From contig JAYKGY010000022.1 of NCBI GenBank assembly GCA_035285545.1, forward strand, positions 16,245 to 80,244: 64,000 nucleotides of DNA. The letters are read 5' to 3'. Below, piece after piece: positions 51,299 through 62,938 of this stretch. Position numbers and translations under genes: made by a program. The stretch is from Snowella sp. (GTDB lineage: Bacteria; Cyanobacteriota; Cyanobacteriia; Cyanobacteriales; Microcystaceae). The notes beneath the pieces were generated by a model that saw nothing but the letters and a program-made list of their open reading frames with translations, searched no databases and was not told the origin of the DNA. Numbering within the stretch: the first letter of the stretch is position 1; every line of letters starts with the position of its first letter.

Positions 51299-53455
51299 AT
51301 GAACCCCCTATTTTGCATCAAAACCAATAAAAGAATTATTTTACAAAAGCAAATTGCTTCTAGTGGGGAAGGAGAAATTTGGACAACCGAAGATCCCACG
51401 GTTCTTGCCAAAATTTATCATCGCGCTACCATACAACGACAAGAAAAATTACGGGTGATGTTTAAACATCCGCCCCAAGATCCCAATAGTGAACGTAATC
51501 ATATTTCTTTTGCCTGGCCTCAATCCTTGTTGGTGGACAAAACAGGAAAAATTTTAGGCTTTTTAATGGCCAAAATTCACGATGGCCGAGAATTAATTGA
51601 TATTTATAATCCCAGAAGACGCAATAAACTCAAGGTAAAAGTCGATTGGCATTTTTTACATGTTGTTTCCCATAATATTGCCTCGATTATTCATGCGATT
51701 CATCAAGCGGGCTATGTGCTAGGGGATATTAAACCGCAAAATATTTTAGTCAACAGTCAAGCCGTTCCCTCCATTATTGACACTGATTCATTTCAAGTCA
51801 CCAATCCCACAACGGGCAATATTTATCGTTGCTTAGTCGGGTCAGAAGGCTTTACTCCCCCTGAATTATTGAATCAAGATTTTGCTCAAATTAATCAAAC
51901 CGAAGTCCATGACCGTTTTCGTTTAGGGGTGATTATCTATTACCTCCTATTTGGTTCCCATCCGTTTCAAGGAAAATGGGTTGGGCAGGGTGAATCGCCA
52001 GAAATTACCGAATTGATTCGGCAAGGCTATTGGGTATTTGCCAGTAATGGTTTAATTAAGCCCTCTAGTTTAACCATTCCCTTAACTATTTTGCATCCGG
52101 TTTTAAAAGATTGTTTTATTCGTTGTTTTAGTGATGGTTATAAAAATCCGCGATCGCGACCGACAGCGAAGGATTGGCAACAAAGCCTCCAAATCGCCAT
52201 TAAAGAACTCAAACAATGTGGACAAGAAAACCAGCATTTTTATCATGAAAAACAGTCAAGTTGCTATTGGTGCCAGCGAAAAGAACAGTTGAAAATGGAT
52301 ATTTTTGGGGTTGCGCCGAAAGTTCCCGTTGCAACACCCGCATCGAAAAGAATGATGCCTAAACGCGAAGAAATTCCCCTCTCTTCTCGTCCCCGTGTTA
52401 ATCGCGCCCCCCATTCCTCCCCCTATTTTGTTTCCTATCCGCCCGTCACGAACTATCGACCTTCTCCGTTAACAGCCTTTAAGGCCTATTTGAAAAATAC
52501 CTTTGCTCACAACTTGAATCGTTATACTGCCCTAGCGTTGGGTAATGCCTCTTTATTGGCGAGTTTTTTGATTATTTTGGCACTTTTTCAGGGTTTGCCA
52601 GAGTCACGACCTTCGATCTCTCGTTCATCGAGTCTCCCTGATGCCGACACGCCGACAGTATCCAAGCACAAAAAGGTGGCAAGTTTTTACAATGACCGTG
52701 GTTATCAAAAATATAACGATAAGGATTATATCGGGGCGATCGCCGACTTTAACCAAGCCCTAAAACTTGACCCAGGCTTAGCAGATAGCTATTACAATCG
52801 GGGACTTGCAAATCAAGCCCTGGGCTATGACAAATTAGCGGAACAGGATTTATATAAGGCCATTTCTTTGGACCCTCGTGTTTCTAACTCCACCGATCTC
52901 CCTGCTAATAGCAACGAAAATTTAGAGGTTGAAAATGTTGAAGATATTGCCTTAGAAAAGGGGAACTTCATGGACAATGAACCCTTTAAACTGTCTCCTG
53001 CTGCCCAGGCAAACCTGAATCAACGCTTAGGCGACCCCCTGAGCATTGAACAACAACTTGAGCGTGCCAAAACAAAACCCTCGGCTTCTGAGCGACCGCA
53101 AGCCAATCCCAGCCCGAAGTCAACCGAGAAGCTCTTGCAAGCATTGGATGCCAATAAAACTTCCTTCAATACGAAAACCAACTTGAAGAAACCCCAACTT
53201 CAAAAGCCGACTCAATCCGAAAAACAGGTTACTCCAAAACAGAATGAAGCGAGCGACAAAACTCGGTTAACCGTTAACTCTCATTTGGCCTTTTCTTTGT
53301 TTCAACGAGGGGTGATCAATCGACGGCAGGGCAATTATCAAGAAGCAATTACTAATTTTGAACAGGCGTATTTTTTACTTAAAAAAGAAAATAATCCTGC
53401 CCTTAAAGATCTAGAAAAAATGATTCAAGATCTTCAGAAAAAAACCGCTCCCTAA
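51299..53455 (+). CDS. YegI-like protein kinase with TM segment and TPR repeats
   Basis: SSGEGEI, AKIY, GDIKPQNILV, IDTDSF, GFTPPEL, HPFQG, Cys/His cluster (C...H...CYWC), hydrophobic segment, TPRs (YNDRG..GAIADFNQALKLDP). Confidence 0.85.
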   Translation: MNPLFCIKTNKRIILQKQIASSGEGEIWTTEDPTVLAKIYHRATIQRQEKLRVMFKHPPQDPNSERNHISFAWPQSLLVDKTGKILGFLMAKIHDGRELIDIYNPRRRNKLKVKVDWHFLHVVSHNIASIIHAIHQAGYVLGDIKPQNILVNSQAVPSIIDTDSFQVTNPTTGNIYRCLVGSEGFTPPELLNQDFAQINQTEVHDRFRLGVIIYYLLFGSHPFQGKWVGQGESPEITELIRQGYWVFASNGLIKPSSLTIPLTILHPVLKDCFIRCFSDGYKNPRSRPTAKDWQQSLQIAIKELKQCGQENQHFYHEKQSSCYWCQRKEQLKMDIFGVAPKVPVATPASKRMMPKREEIPLSSRPRVNRAPHSSPYFVSYPPVTNYRPSPLTAFKAYLKNTFAHNLNRYTALALGNASLLASFLIILALFQGLPESRPSISRSSSLPDADTPTVSKHKKVASFYNDRGYQKYNDKDYIGAIADFNQALKLDPGLADSYYNRGLANQALGYDKLAEQDLYKAISLDPRVSNSTDLPANSNENLEVENVEDIALEKGNFMDNEPFKLSPAAQANLNQRLGDPLSIEQQLERAKTKPSASERPQANPSPKSTEKLLQALDANKTSFNTKTNLKKPQLQKPTQSEKQVTPKQNEASDKTRLTVNSHLAFSLFQRGVINRRQGNYQEAITNFEQAYFLLKKENNPALKDLEKMIQDLQKKTAP

Positions 53456-53533
53456 ATTCAATGGATTTTCATGGCTTCTTCAATGGAGTTCAATTTTTCC
53501 TTGACCCTCGGCTGGCTTTAGCTCATCCCGCTT

Positions 53534-54937
53534 TTAAAAAAGTTCACGGACATCCGCGACTTCTCCTTTAATAGCAGCCGTTACGACCATTGCAGGACTC
53601 ATCAACAAAGTACGCCCCGTTGCCGACCCTTGACGACCTTTAAAATTACGGTTAGAGGAAGATGCACTCATTTGATCGCCTTGTAATTTATCGGGATTCA
53701 TGGCTAAACACATAGAACAGCCGGCTTCTCGCCATTCAAACCCCGCCGCTTCAAAAATTTTGTCTAGTCCTTCTGCTTCGGCTTGTTTTTTCACTCGTTC
53801 CGAACCTGGCACAATAAAAGCTTTTACGCCTTCTGCCACCCGTTTTCCTTTAGCGACTTTAGCGGCTTCTCGGAGATCACTAATTCGTCCATTCGTACAA
53901 CTCCCCACAAAGCAAACATCGATTTTGGTTCCTTTAATGGGTTGACCAGGAGAAAGCTTCATATATTGATAGGCTTCTTCAGCGATCGCGCGATCGTTTT
54001 CCTCAAGATTCTCAGGAAGGGGAATGATCTCGTTAACCCCAATGCCTTGACCTGGCGTAATTCCCCAAGTCACGGTCGGTTCAATTTCACGGGCATCAAA
54101 AACCACCACATCATCGTATTCCGCATCCGCATCACTCGCCATGCTCCGCCACCATTCCACCGCCTTATCCCATTCTTCTCCTTTAGGACTAAAATCTAAT
54201 CCTTTCAAGTAATCAAAAGTCACTTCATCGGGGTTAATATAACCGCATCTCGCGCCCCCCTCAATGGCCATATTGCAAACCGTCATCCGTTCTTCCATCG
54301 ACATCGCCGCAAAGGTTGAACCCGCATATTCATAGGCATAACCGACACCGCCTTTTACCCCTAATTTGCGAATAATATGTAAAATTACGTCTTTTGCATA
54401 AACCCCAGGAGCCAAAGTTCCATTGACTTCGATTTTTCGGACTTTTAATTTTGCCAAGGCTAAGGTTTGAGAGGCTAACACATCCCGCACTTGAGAAGTC
54501 CCGATGCCAAACGCGATCGCGCCAAAGGCTCCATGGGTCGAAGTATGGGAATCTCCACAGGCGATCGTCATACCCGGTTGGGTTAAACCCTGTTCAGGCG
54601 CAATAACGTGAACAATGCCTTGATTGCCTGATCCGATATTGTAGAAGCGAATACTGTTAGATTCGGTATTTTTCTCCAAAGCCTGCATCATTTCTTCAGC
54701 CATCGAATCCACAAAGGGTCGCGCTTGATTATCGGTGGGGACAATGTGATCTACAGTGGCGACGGTTCGTTCAGGATATAGCACTTTCAGTCCGCGATCG
54801 CGCAACATTGCAAAGGCTTGAGGGCTAGTAACTTCGTGAATCAGATGCAAACCAATGAAGAGTTGGGTTTGACCAGACGGTAAAATTTTAACAGTGTGTA
54901 AGTCCCAAACTTTGTCAAACAGGGTTCTCGCGCTCAT
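53534..54937 (-). CDS. leuC: 3-isopropylmalate dehydratase large subunit
   Basis: [44 protein letters not shown]. Confidence 0.98.
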   Translation of the reverse strand: MSARTLFDKVWDLHTVKILPSGQTQLFIGLHLIHEVTSPQAFAMLRDRGLKVLYPERTVATVDHIVPTDNQARPFVDSMAEEMMQALEKNTESNSIRFYNIGSGNQGIVHVIAPEQGLTQPGMTIACGDSHTSTHGAFGAIAFGIGTSQVRDVLASQTLALAKLKVRKIEVNGTLAPGVYAKDVILHIIRKLGVKGGVGYAYEYAGSTFAAMSMEERMTVCNMAIEGGARCGYINPDEVTFDYLKGLDFSPKGEEWDKAVEWWRSMASDADAEYDDVVVFDAREIEPTVTWGITPGQGIGVNEIIPLPENLEENDRAIAEEAYQYMKLSPGQPIKGTKIDVCFVGSCTNGRISDLREAAKVAKGKRVAEGVKAFIVPGSERVKKQAEAEGLDKIFEAAGFEWREAGCSMCLAMNPDKLQGDQMSASSSNRNFKGRQGSATGRTLLMSPAMVVTAAIKGEVADVRELF

Positions 54938-55281
54938 AGGAATTTTGTGGGGAATACTTCTCTCAAGCCCATCATTATAGCAGTTTCATCGGATTTATTC
55001 CCTAACGATGGTACGAGCTACAACCATTCTAAACTTGGAAAATCAAGAGGAATTCGGGGTGGGCAGAGGCTCAAACAGAGCAAGCTTCCAGATTGCCAGC
55101 TCTCTATAACAATACGACGGACAAACTGGTTTAAAAATAGAACACTAGGAACTAACTTTCTGGAAATTAGGCTGGATTTGCCGACCATATAATCTTCCAA
55201 GTCCTGTCCAGCAGGAAAATCCCCGATCGCGTAGGGTTGTATATTACAATTTGTAAATACATGTTTCAGGAATAGGCAGGA

Positions 55282-56748
55282 ATGCGAGTTGCAATCGTTG
55301 GTGCAGGGTTAGCGGGAATGGCAACGGCCATTGATCTCGTCGATGCAGGCTGTGAAGTCGAAATCTTTGAATCCCGTCCTTTTGTCGGTGGAAAAGTCGG
55401 CAGTTGGCAAGATCCCGACGGAAACCACATCGAAATGGGATTGCACGTCTTTTTTGGCTGTTATTACAATTTATTTGCCCTAATGGAAAAGGTGGGGGCG
55501 GGCAATGCGCTACGGCTTAAGGAACATACCCATACTTTTGTGAATAAAGGCGGCAGATTAGGAGAATTAGATTTTCGCTTTATTACGGGCGCACCTTTTA
55601 ATGGTTTAAAAGCATTTTTTACGACTTCTCAGTTATCGGCGGTTGATAAACTGGCTAACTCCCTAGCTTTGGGAACTAGCCCGATTGTGCGCGGTTTAGT
55701 GGACTTTGATGGAGCCATGAAAACCATTCGGGAACTCGACAAAATTAGCTTTGCTGACTGGTTTCGCAATCATGGGGGCAATGATGGCAGCCTTCGGAAA
55801 ATGTGGGATCCCATTGCCTACGCCTTGGGCTTTATCGACACGGAAAATATTTCAGCCCGTTGCATGTTAACCATTTTCCAATTTTTTGCGGCAAAAACGG
55901 AAGCGTCGGTCTTGCGGATGCTGGAAGGTTCCCCTGATGAATATTTACATAAACCCATTGTTCAATATTTAGAAGACCGAGGCGTTAAAATCCATACCCG
56001 ACGACAGGTTCGAGAAATTTATTTTACGGAAAATGGGGATCAGGCTCAGGTAACAGGACTCGCGATCGCCGATGGAGAAACGACGGAAACCATTACAGCC
56101 GATGCCTATGTCTGCGCTTGTGATATCCCAGGTATTCAGCGGTTGTTACCTGAAGCCTGGCGTAAATGGGATATTTTTGACAATATCTATCAACTGACGG
56201 CGGTTCCAGTGGCAACGGTGCAACTACGCTTTGATGGTTGGGTGACGGAATTGCACGATCCCGTTAAGCGTAAACAACTGGAAAAAGCGGAAGGCTTAGA
56301 TAACTTACTTTATACCCCCGATGCGGATTTCTCCTGTTTTGCCGATTTAGCCCTCACCAGTCCTGCGGATTATTACCGTGAAGGGGAAGGTTCCTTATTA
56401 CAGTTAGTGTTAACCCCTGGTGATCCTTTTATTAAGGAGAAAAACGACGTTATTGCCCAGCACGTTCTCAAACAGGTTCAAGAGTTATTCCCCTCGGCGC
56501 GGGAGTTAAACATGACCTGGTATAGCGTGGTTAAGTTAGCGCAATCGCTCTATCGAGAAGCCCCAGGCATGGATCCCTATCGTCCTTCCCAAAAAACCGA
56601 TATTCCCAACTTTTTCCTCGCAGGGAGCTACACCCAACAGGATTACATCGACAGTATGGAAGGGGCAACCATTTCAGGACGACAAGCGGCAAAAGCCATC
56701 CTAGAAAGCGCGATCGCGATCAAAGAATTGCAAACTCAAACCAGCTAG
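55282..56748 (+). CDS. zds: 9,9'-di-cis-zeta-carotene desaturase (CrtQ/Zds)
   Basis: [31 protein letters not shown]. Confidence 0.96.
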   Translation: MRVAIVGAGLAGMATAIDLVDAGCEVEIFESRPFVGGKVGSWQDPDGNHIEMGLHVFFGCYYNLFALMEKVGAGNALRLKEHTHTFVNKGGRLGELDFRFITGAPFNGLKAFFTTSQLSAVDKLANSLALGTSPIVRGLVDFDGAMKTIRELDKISFADWFRNHGGNDGSLRKMWDPIAYALGFIDTENISARCMLTIFQFFAAKTEASVLRMLEGSPDEYLHKPIVQYLEDRGVKIHTRRQVREIYFTENGDQAQVTGLAIADGETTETITADAYVCACDIPGIQRLLPEAWRKWDIFDNIYQLTAVPVATVQLRFDGWVTELHDPVKRKQLEKAEGLDNLLYTPDADFSCFADLALTSPADYYREGEGSLLQLVLTPGDPFIKEKNDVIAQHVLKQVQELFPSARELNMTWYSVVKLAQSLYREAPGMDPYRPSQKTDIPNFFLAGSYTQQDYIDSMEGATISGRQAAKAILESAIAIKELQTQTS

Positions 56749-56809
56749 TCTGTCATAATTGCTAAAATCTATTCAATCGAGTTATTTTTCCCCATCCCCA
56801 ATCCTCAAC

Positions 56810-57274
56810 ATGGCAAACTGGTTAGAACATAGCGTACAAGTCGAAGTGGATGCCCCCATTGATCTGGTGTGGACTCTCTGGTCAGATTTAGAGCAAATGC
56901 CCCGTTGGATGAAGTGGATTGAGTCTGTCACGGTTTTGGAAGATAATCCTGAACTATCTCGTTGGAAATTGGCAACGACAGGCTTAGAGTTTACCTGGCT
57001 ATCCCGAATTCTTAAAATCACCCCCCACCAAATTATTCAATGGGAATCGGTGGATGGTTTACCCAATCGGGGGGCTGTCCGTTTTTACGATCTGCATGGT
57101 AAAAGTGTGGTTCGTCTCAGCATTGCCTACGCGATCCCAGGCTGGTTAGGGAAATTAATGGATAATTTATTCTTAGGTAGGGCAGTAGAATCGACTATAC
57201 AAGCAGATTTAGAACGCTTTCGGGAATACATTACCAATCTTCAGGCGAATGCGTCCGTTACTTCTATTCAATAG
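56810..57274 (+). CDS. SRPBCC (START/polyketide cyclase) family protein
   Basis: MANWLEHSVQVEV..LWSDLEQMPRWM, GLPNRGAVRF; directly after zds. Confidence 0.88.
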   Translation: MANWLEHSVQVEVDAPIDLVWTLWSDLEQMPRWMKWIESVTVLEDNPELSRWKLATTGLEFTWLSRILKITPHQIIQWESVDGLPNRGAVRFYDLHGKSVVRLSIAYAIPGWLGKLMDNLFLGRAVESTIQADLERFREYITNLQANASVTSIQ

Positions 57275-57425
57275 TTTTTTGGGGGAATTTGGGTTTAAAA
57301 ACCTACGCCCAAAGCCTGATCCAGAGAGCTTTTAAGCTTCTTAATCTTTATCTGAGTTTAGATAGAGACGCGATCGCCGAGGAGCCAACTATAGTTTAGG
57401 GGTAAGAATCACGGAGATTAAAGCT

Positions 57426-57656
57426 ATGCCTAGTACTGCAACAGCCACAGTGAGCGACCTGGAGTACGATTTGTTAACAGTGTTAAAAAATAAAGCCAAA
57501 GCTGTACAAGCCTACGACAGTTATATCCAAGATGCCCAGGAAGCTAACTCCCAACCCTGCGTTGAGTTACTCCAAAAACTGCAACAAGGCGATATCGAGC
57601 AAGTTAATGAAATTCGGCAACATCTTCAACAAGTCATGCAAAATGGCTCCATGTAG
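57426..57656 (+). CDS. Small conserved hypothetical helical protein
   Basis: VSDLEYDLLTVL..K..A..AYD.YIQDA; GGAG RBS upstream. Confidence 0.75.
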   Translation: MPSTATATVSDLEYDLLTVLKNKAKAVQAYDSYIQDAQEANSQPCVELLQKLQQGDIEQVNEIRQHLQQVMQNGSM

Positions 57657-57754
57657 TAGCATTTACGAATAAACCCGTTTCCTATAATTCATATATTTTC
57701 AAGGCTGTTCTGTTGTCCAAACCGAGCAGCTTTTTATTTGACGGATATCATGCC

Positions 57755-59044
57755 CTAGCTTCCTGCGCTATTGCGGGAAGGATCGCCCAAGAAAATTTCA
57801 TCATTCGGGCCAGGCGTTAAATCAGTCGGTAAAATTGTCCAATGTTTAGCCAAACGTTGTAAGACCTTATCCTGTTCTGCCCGTAGCCGATCAAAGTTAC
57901 TGCCCCCGTTAATAATGGTGAACCAAACCACGCCCCGTTCTTGGGTCGGAATAATGCCCGCTAAGGCACTGACTTGATTTAAGGTTCCGGTTTTGACTGT
58001 TAATCCTTTGGGCATACTGCGCCATTCGAGGGTTCCTTTGCGATCGCGTCCCATGACGGGAAACAGATCCGCCAACGTCATGGAAGTGGGTTTTAACTTC
58101 TCTTGCAACGCCATATACATCAAGGTTACTGCACGGGGAGAAATGCGATTTTCCACCGATAAACCCGATCCGTTAATCAATTGAATTTCCCCAGGCGGAA
58201 TTTTCGCTAACGTTGCTACCCGTTCCATCACCACATTGGCTCCCCCTATTTCTTCCGCTAATATTTCTGACATTGCATTATTACTATAAATATTGATTTG
58301 TTTAATCAACTGACCAAGCGTTAAAGATTGGTGACGCAATAAGACGGGGGTATCCGTTGGCACAGTCCCCTGGGTTTGAATGTCACCTTTAATGACTACT
58401 TCAGGACGGGGTGTATCAGGCGGCAAGTCTTCGTAAGCTTTTTTGATTAATCCTGACCAATCCTTACTATTTAAAGCTTGTTTTAACAATGCCCCTGCAA
58501 TCTGGGGATCATCTTTATAATTCATGGCAAAATTGCCTGTAATCACCAAATTTCCTGTAACTTCTCGAATGCCCAATTGATTTAACGCATTGCCAACCGC
58601 GATCGCCTCTTCCCAAACAAAAAGCGGATCACCACCCCCTTCAATGAGTAAATCTCCCTGTAATACGCCATCCGTCACAGCTCCCAAGGCATAAAGACGG
58701 GTTTCAAAGCGATGGTTAATATCCCACTTGTCCAATGCAGCTAAACTGGTTGCGATTTTGGTTAAAGAAGCGGCTGAAACAGGGACAGTTTCCTGATTTT
58801 GAACTAAATAAGCCCATTCTGACTGAATCCAAATTCCTTGACGGTTGGGATCATAACCTTTGGCCGCTAAGATGTTGAGATAATCCTGAAAAATTTCCGT
58901 AACAACAGGATCGGTTTGAGTCGGCACATCAAACACTTTAGCTTGCTCCCAAGCGATCGCGGGTAAGGGTTCCCATTCTTGAGTATTTCCTCCCCACAAT
59001 AGCGATAACAAACCGAGAACGGCCAAACTCATCCCATCGATCAT
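57755..59044 (-). CDS. D-alanyl-D-alanine carboxypeptidase (peptidase S13, DacB-like)
   Basis: AASLTK (SxxK), SNN, NGSGL, KTGTL. Confidence 0.9.
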   Translation of the reverse strand: MIDGMSLAVLGLLSLLWGGNTQEWEPLPAIAWEQAKVFDVPTQTDPVVTEIFQDYLNILAAKGYDPNRQGIWIQSEWAYLVQNQETVPVSAASLTKIATSLAALDKWDINHRFETRLYALGAVTDGVLQGDLLIEGGGDPLFVWEEAIAVGNALNQLGIREVTGNLVITGNFAMNYKDDPQIAGALLKQALNSKDWSGLIKKAYEDLPPDTPRPEVVIKGDIQTQGTVPTDTPVLLRHQSLTLGQLIKQINIYSNNAMSEILAEEIGGANVVMERVATLAKIPPGEIQLINGSGLSVENRISPRAVTLMYMALQEKLKPTSMTLADLFPVMGRDRKGTLEWRSMPKGLTVKTGTLNQVSALAGIIPTQERGVVWFTIINGGSNFDRLRAEQDKVLQRLAKHWTILPTDLTPGPNDEIFLGDPSRNSAGS

Positions 59045-59223
59045 GCTTGCTATTCCTCAAACCACTCAGAAATTATCAAATAGTATTTTAAGCACTTTTA
59101 AAAATTGCGTCTATAATTCCTTGTAACGCTTCAACAGGCGAATAAGCTTGGTAACAAAGATTAGCCAGCCCATAGCATTAAACACCGAACAAAATTAAGT
59201 TACACATCATGTAATAACAATCG

Positions 59224-59520
59224 ATGATTACGAGAATTTTTAGAGTCAAAGTTCCTAAAGCTCTTCATGCTGAGTTTGAACAACAGTTTTTAACGATTTC
59301 GGTTCTCAGCGTGCAGAGTCAAAATGGCTGTGTTTCTGTCTCGGTTGGTAAACCAACAATCTGGCAACCGGAAGAATATGTGATGATTACGGAGTGGTTA
59401 AGTGTAGAAGCCTTAGAGCAATTTGCGGGGAAAGAGTGGAATCAAGCCGTTATTCCGTCTGGCATGGAAAAATATGTGCTTGAATGTTGGACTCATCATT
59501 ATGAAAACCTTGATTCGTAG
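59224..59520 (+). CDS. Antibiotic-biosynthesis-monooxygenase (ABM)-like protein
   Basis: ITRIFRVKV..EFE..F, EYVMITEW.S.EAL..FAG..W. Confidence 0.75.
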   Translation: MITRIFRVKVPKALHAEFEQQFLTISVLSVQSQNGCVSVSVGKPTIWQPEEYVMITEWLSVEALEQFAGKEWNQAVIPSGMEKYVLECWTHHYENLDS

Positions 59521-59660
59521 TTGCAATTTATATTTGTTGCTTAAAACCCATACAATAGGGGACTTAGAACGGCAAAGTCCAGTTCACAGACCATATCCGA
59601 TTTTGTTTTTACTAATTATTGAAAGCCTTGTAAATTAAGAAAAAGTCGTTGTATATGCGG

Positions 59661-59930
59661 TTAACTAGGATTTTTTGTTTCACCCTTTTCAACGTTTGCC
59701 GTAGACACCGTTTTATCTTCTTCTAACTGCGCTTGCATTTTGATCGAATCTTCTATTACCTGGGCTTCTCGTTTAAATTCCGACTCAAATTCCTTGGAAG
59801 CATCTTGAAAACTTCTGAGGGTTTTACCTAAGCTGCGTCCAATTTCGGGCAATTTTTTGGGGCCAAATACTAACAACGCGATAACGACAATTAACCCCAT
59901 CTCCGGTAAACCAATGCCAAAAATATTCAT
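59661..59930 (-). CDS. tatA: Twin-arginine translocase TatA/E
   Basis: MNIFGIGLPEM..ALLVFGPKKLPEIGRSLG. Confidence 0.96.
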   Translation of the reverse strand: MNIFGIGLPEMGLIVVIALLVFGPKKLPEIGRSLGKTLRSFQDASKEFESEFKREAQVIEDSIKMQAQLEEDKTVSTANVEKGETKNPS

Positions 59931-60028
59931 CTTAGTTCCTCATGCAACAATATCAATGGAAAAAGACCCCAGATAAACTGGGATCTGGATAGTCAATAAC
60001 AGACTGCCAATCTGGAAGTGCAGACTTT

Positions 60029-60223
60029 TTAGCCTCTCCAATCCACGGTAAATCCTTCTAAAAGCAGAGAAGAGTTGTAGATTTGCAGGATGATCAGCAG
60101 AAAAACCAAAAACAGTAACATAAATACCCCCATAACAGGAGTAGTTCCCCAACCAGGAACGACTTTACCGTATTCTGAATTTAAGGGTCTGAGAATATCT
60201 CCTAACCGAGTACGCTGTGCCAT
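60029..60223 (-). CDS. psbH: Photosystem II protein PsbH
   Basis: [19 protein letters not shown]. Confidence 0.98.
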   Translation of the reverse strand: MAQRTRLGDILRPLNSEYGKVVPGWGTTPVMGVFMLLFLVFLLIILQIYNSSLLLEGFTVDWRG

Positions 60224-60307
60224 AGATTACCCGTGGTATGTGTAAATTAGATTTTGTAATGTTCTGTAATATTATAGGAAAATAGGTATCATATTCAATC
60301 TTGCTCT

Positions 60308-60439
60308 ATGGAATCTGCAACAGTTCTTAGCATCACGTTCGCGGCTATCTTGATCGGTATTACCGGATTTGCAATTTATACGGCTTTCGGCCCTCCGTCT
60401 GCTAATTTAGCTGATCCCTTTGAAGATCACGAAGACTAA
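60308..60439 (+). CDS. psbN: PsbN, 43 aa, not in the ORF track
   Basis: MESATVLSITFAAILIGITGFAIYTAFGPPSANLADPFEDHED*; divergent from psbH as usual. Confidence 0.97.
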   Translation: MESATVLSITFAAILIGITGFAIYTAFGPPSANLADPFEDHED

Positions 60440-60540
60440 ATTTTAGATAACATTTTGAAATCGGTCAAAATTGGTTAGCAGTCAGTTATCAGGCTGCAAA
60501 CCCAGCTTTTTTGATTAAAGTTTTTATGGGCTATTTTCTG

Positions 60541-61467
60541 TTAATTCAGCTTAAATGGCTCAGTATCATGGAACTTTTCTAAGTTAATATACCATTGTCC
60601 GTTATCCGCTTGGGAAAAAATATCGACAAATTGATGATTCCAAAGCAGGTGATCCATGGAATAGGCATAGCGAGTATGGATGGTCTGGGAAAAGGTTTCA
60701 TCTAATCCGGTTAGGCTAATCCAAAGTTCACACCGGCAATCTTTGAGTTTTTCAAGGGTTAGGTTGTAAAATGGGCTATTTTCATCAATAGGGTGCATCA
60801 CCAACCAACTTAAGGCAAAGACAGGACTCTGCGATCGCAGTAGGGGTAGATCATAAAAACGTCGCAATTTGTGGCCTTCTTGGGTAATTTCGTCTCGCAA
60901 TAAACTCACCCGTACTTGAGCCTCTAAAATTCGATTATCTCGCCGATTTGCTGCCCGAAACATCAAGGTTGGAAGGCCATCAAAGGGACAAATTACCGCA
61001 ACTTCACTAAACAGAACTCTAGAAGTCGGTTTGGCAAAACGGGCAAACATCAGACCCGTTAAAATCGCAATACACAGTAAACCAATAAAAATTTCTACCG
61101 TGACCAGCAGATGAGCCGCTAGGTTTTGAGGATACATGGAACCATAGCCGACCGTTGATAGGGTGTGAATACTGAAAAAATAAGCATCTCGATAGGAACC
61201 TGGTTCTGCGTTAGCGATACTGCTTTCTGTGATTAAATATAGCCAAGCAAAAATAGCATTTAGCCCAAAATAAAATAGAGAGATAATCAGCAAAAATTTT
61301 CGCCATGAAATGACCAACAGCCAGTGGTAAAGGTCGCTTCTTAAAGGATTTAACCAAGTTAACCAAGGAAGATAAACTTTTGGCTCCGTAGGGCGCATCG
61401 ATTTGATCAAACGAATATTTTCGCGCGATCGCGGATTTAAACGATTCCTTGGGGTAAATTGCTTCAT
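60541..61467 (-). CDS. Inward-rectifier potassium channel (KirBac)
   Basis: DLYHWLL..SW, FFSIHTLSTVGYG filter, GLMFARF, PTLMFR, HPIDENSP. Confidence 0.92.
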   Translation of the reverse strand: MKQFTPRNRLNPRSRENIRLIKSMRPTEPKVYLPWLTWLNPLRSDLYHWLLVISWRKFLLIISLFYFGLNAIFAWLYLITESSIANAEPGSYRDAYFFSIHTLSTVGYGSMYPQNLAAHLLVTVEIFIGLLCIAILTGLMFARFAKPTSRVLFSEVAVICPFDGLPTLMFRAANRRDNRILEAQVRVSLLRDEITQEGHKLRRFYDLPLLRSQSPVFALSWLVMHPIDENSPFYNLTLEKLKDCRCELWISLTGLDETFSQTIHTRYAYSMDHLLWNHQFVDIFSQADNGQWYINLEKFHDTEPFKLN

Positions 61468-61593
61468 GGCGAGTCCATCGGGAAATTTTGGCAGAGGGGA
61501 GTTAGATCAAAATCGTTATGAGTATGATATGGTTGTAACAAATCGTAATAATGATTAATTCTTAAATTTATTCCATTAAAGGAGAATCACGAC

Positions 61594-62187
61594 ATGACGG
61601 AATGTTTACGAGTTGGTCAAGCTGCGCCCGACTTTACGGCTACAGCAGTTGTTGACCAAGAGTTTAAGACCCTTAAGCTGTCGGATTATCGTGGCAAATA
61701 TGTTGTCTTATTTTTCTACCCCTTAGACTTTACCTTTGTTTGCCCCACCGAAATTATCGCTTTTAGCGATCGCTACGAAGAGTTTAGTAAATTAAACACC
61801 GAAGTTTTGGGTGTTTCCGTTGACAGTGAATTTTCTCACTTAGCTTGGATTCAAACCGATCGCAAAAATGGTGGAATTGGCGATATTGCCTATCCTCTGG
61901 TTGCTGATCTTAAAAAAGAAATTAGCACGGCTTACAACGTTCTCGATCCTGATGCGGGCGTTGCTTTACGCGGTCTGTTCATTATCGACAAAGATGGCGT
62001 GATTCAACACTCGACCATTAATAACCTCTCCTTTGGCCGTAGCGTTGATGAAACCCTCCGCACCTTAAAAGCCATTCAATACGTTCAATCCCACCCCGAT
62101 GAAGTTTGCCCCGCAGGTTGGCAAGAAGGGGACAAAACGATGGTTCCCGATCCCGTTAAGTCCAAAGTTTACTTCGCGGCTGTGTAA
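61594..62187 (+). CDS. 2-Cys peroxiredoxin (AhpC/Tpx)
   Basis: [13 protein letters not shown] and EVCPAGW. Confidence 0.97.
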   Translation: MTECLRVGQAAPDFTATAVVDQEFKTLKLSDYRGKYVVLFFYPLDFTFVCPTEIIAFSDRYEEFSKLNTEVLGVSVDSEFSHLAWIQTDRKNGGIGDIAYPLVADLKKEISTAYNVLDPDAGVALRGLFIIDKDGVIQHSTINNLSFGRSVDETLRTLKAIQYVQSHPDEVCPAGWQEGDKTMVPDPVKSKVYFAAV

Positions 62188-62272
62188 TTAAATTCATTCA
62201 GGGAAACACAATTTTTCCCTCCGTATTAGGAATCAGGTAGTTTATTTACTTGATTCCTTTCTTTTTGATTAA

Positions 62273-62938
62273 TTATCGACCTAAATCGTGTAGGGCATGA
62301 ATTCGCTCTTGGCATTCTCTTGTAACCCCTTCAATATCTTCCCGTTTACTAGAAGCAGGAGGCGGGATCAATTCTCCGATACGAATCGTAACAGGCACTC
62401 GACGGGGAACATTTGAGCCTTTTTTGACAATTTTTTCAGTTCCCCAAAGACTGACGGGTAATAAAGGAACTTGGGCTTTTGCCGCAATCATAGCAGCCCC
62501 TAGTTTGGGGTTATGAATTCTCGCATCGGGTGTGCGGGTTCCTTCTAAGAAAACGCCAACGATCCAACCTTCATCCAAGGCATTTAAGGCGGCTCGAATA
62601 GCTCCGCGATCGCCAGAACCCCGTTTAACGGGATAGGCTCCATACAGTCGGATTAAGTCTCCAAACACAGGAACCTGGAATAATTCTTCCTTGGCCATAA
62701 AGGCTACAGGACGACGCAGCGAAACCGATAAAAAAGGTGGATCAAAATTACTGGCATGATTACTGACGGCGATCGCGGGGCCTTTGATGGGGACATTCTC
62801 GATGCCATAGACCTTTCCGCCTAAATAGAGATGCAAAATCGGATTAACGACTGACCACTTCAACCCCCGATAGAGGGCAAGACTTGTCGCAGGTTCACGG
62901 AGTCTGGGTGTGTTCTTCATAGTGTCGTTACTCGTCAT
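62273..62938 (-). CDS. plsC: 1-acyl-sn-glycerol-3-phosphate acyltransferase
   Basis: SNHASNFD (HX4D), FMAKEELF, FLEGTR. Confidence 0.92.
   Translation of the reverse strand: MTSNDTMKNTPRLREPATSLALYRGLKWSVVNPILHLYLGGKVYGIENVPIKGPAIAVSNHASNFDPPFLSVSLRRPVAFMAKEELFQVPVFGDLIRLYGAYPVKRGSGDRGAIRAALNALDEGWIVGVFLEGTRTPDARIHNPKLGAAMIAAKAQVPLLPVSLWGTEKIVKKGSNVPRRVPVTIRIGELIPPPASSKREDIEGVTRECQERIHALHDLGR

Noticed and set aside
54947..55200. Opposing short ORFs between leuC and zds
   Set aside because: No recognisable motifs or clear RBS; they occupy a divergent promoter region
61545..61565. Fur/PerR box upstream of the peroxiredoxin
   Set aside because: TAATAATGATTAATTCTTA is only loosely similar, within AT-rich DNA
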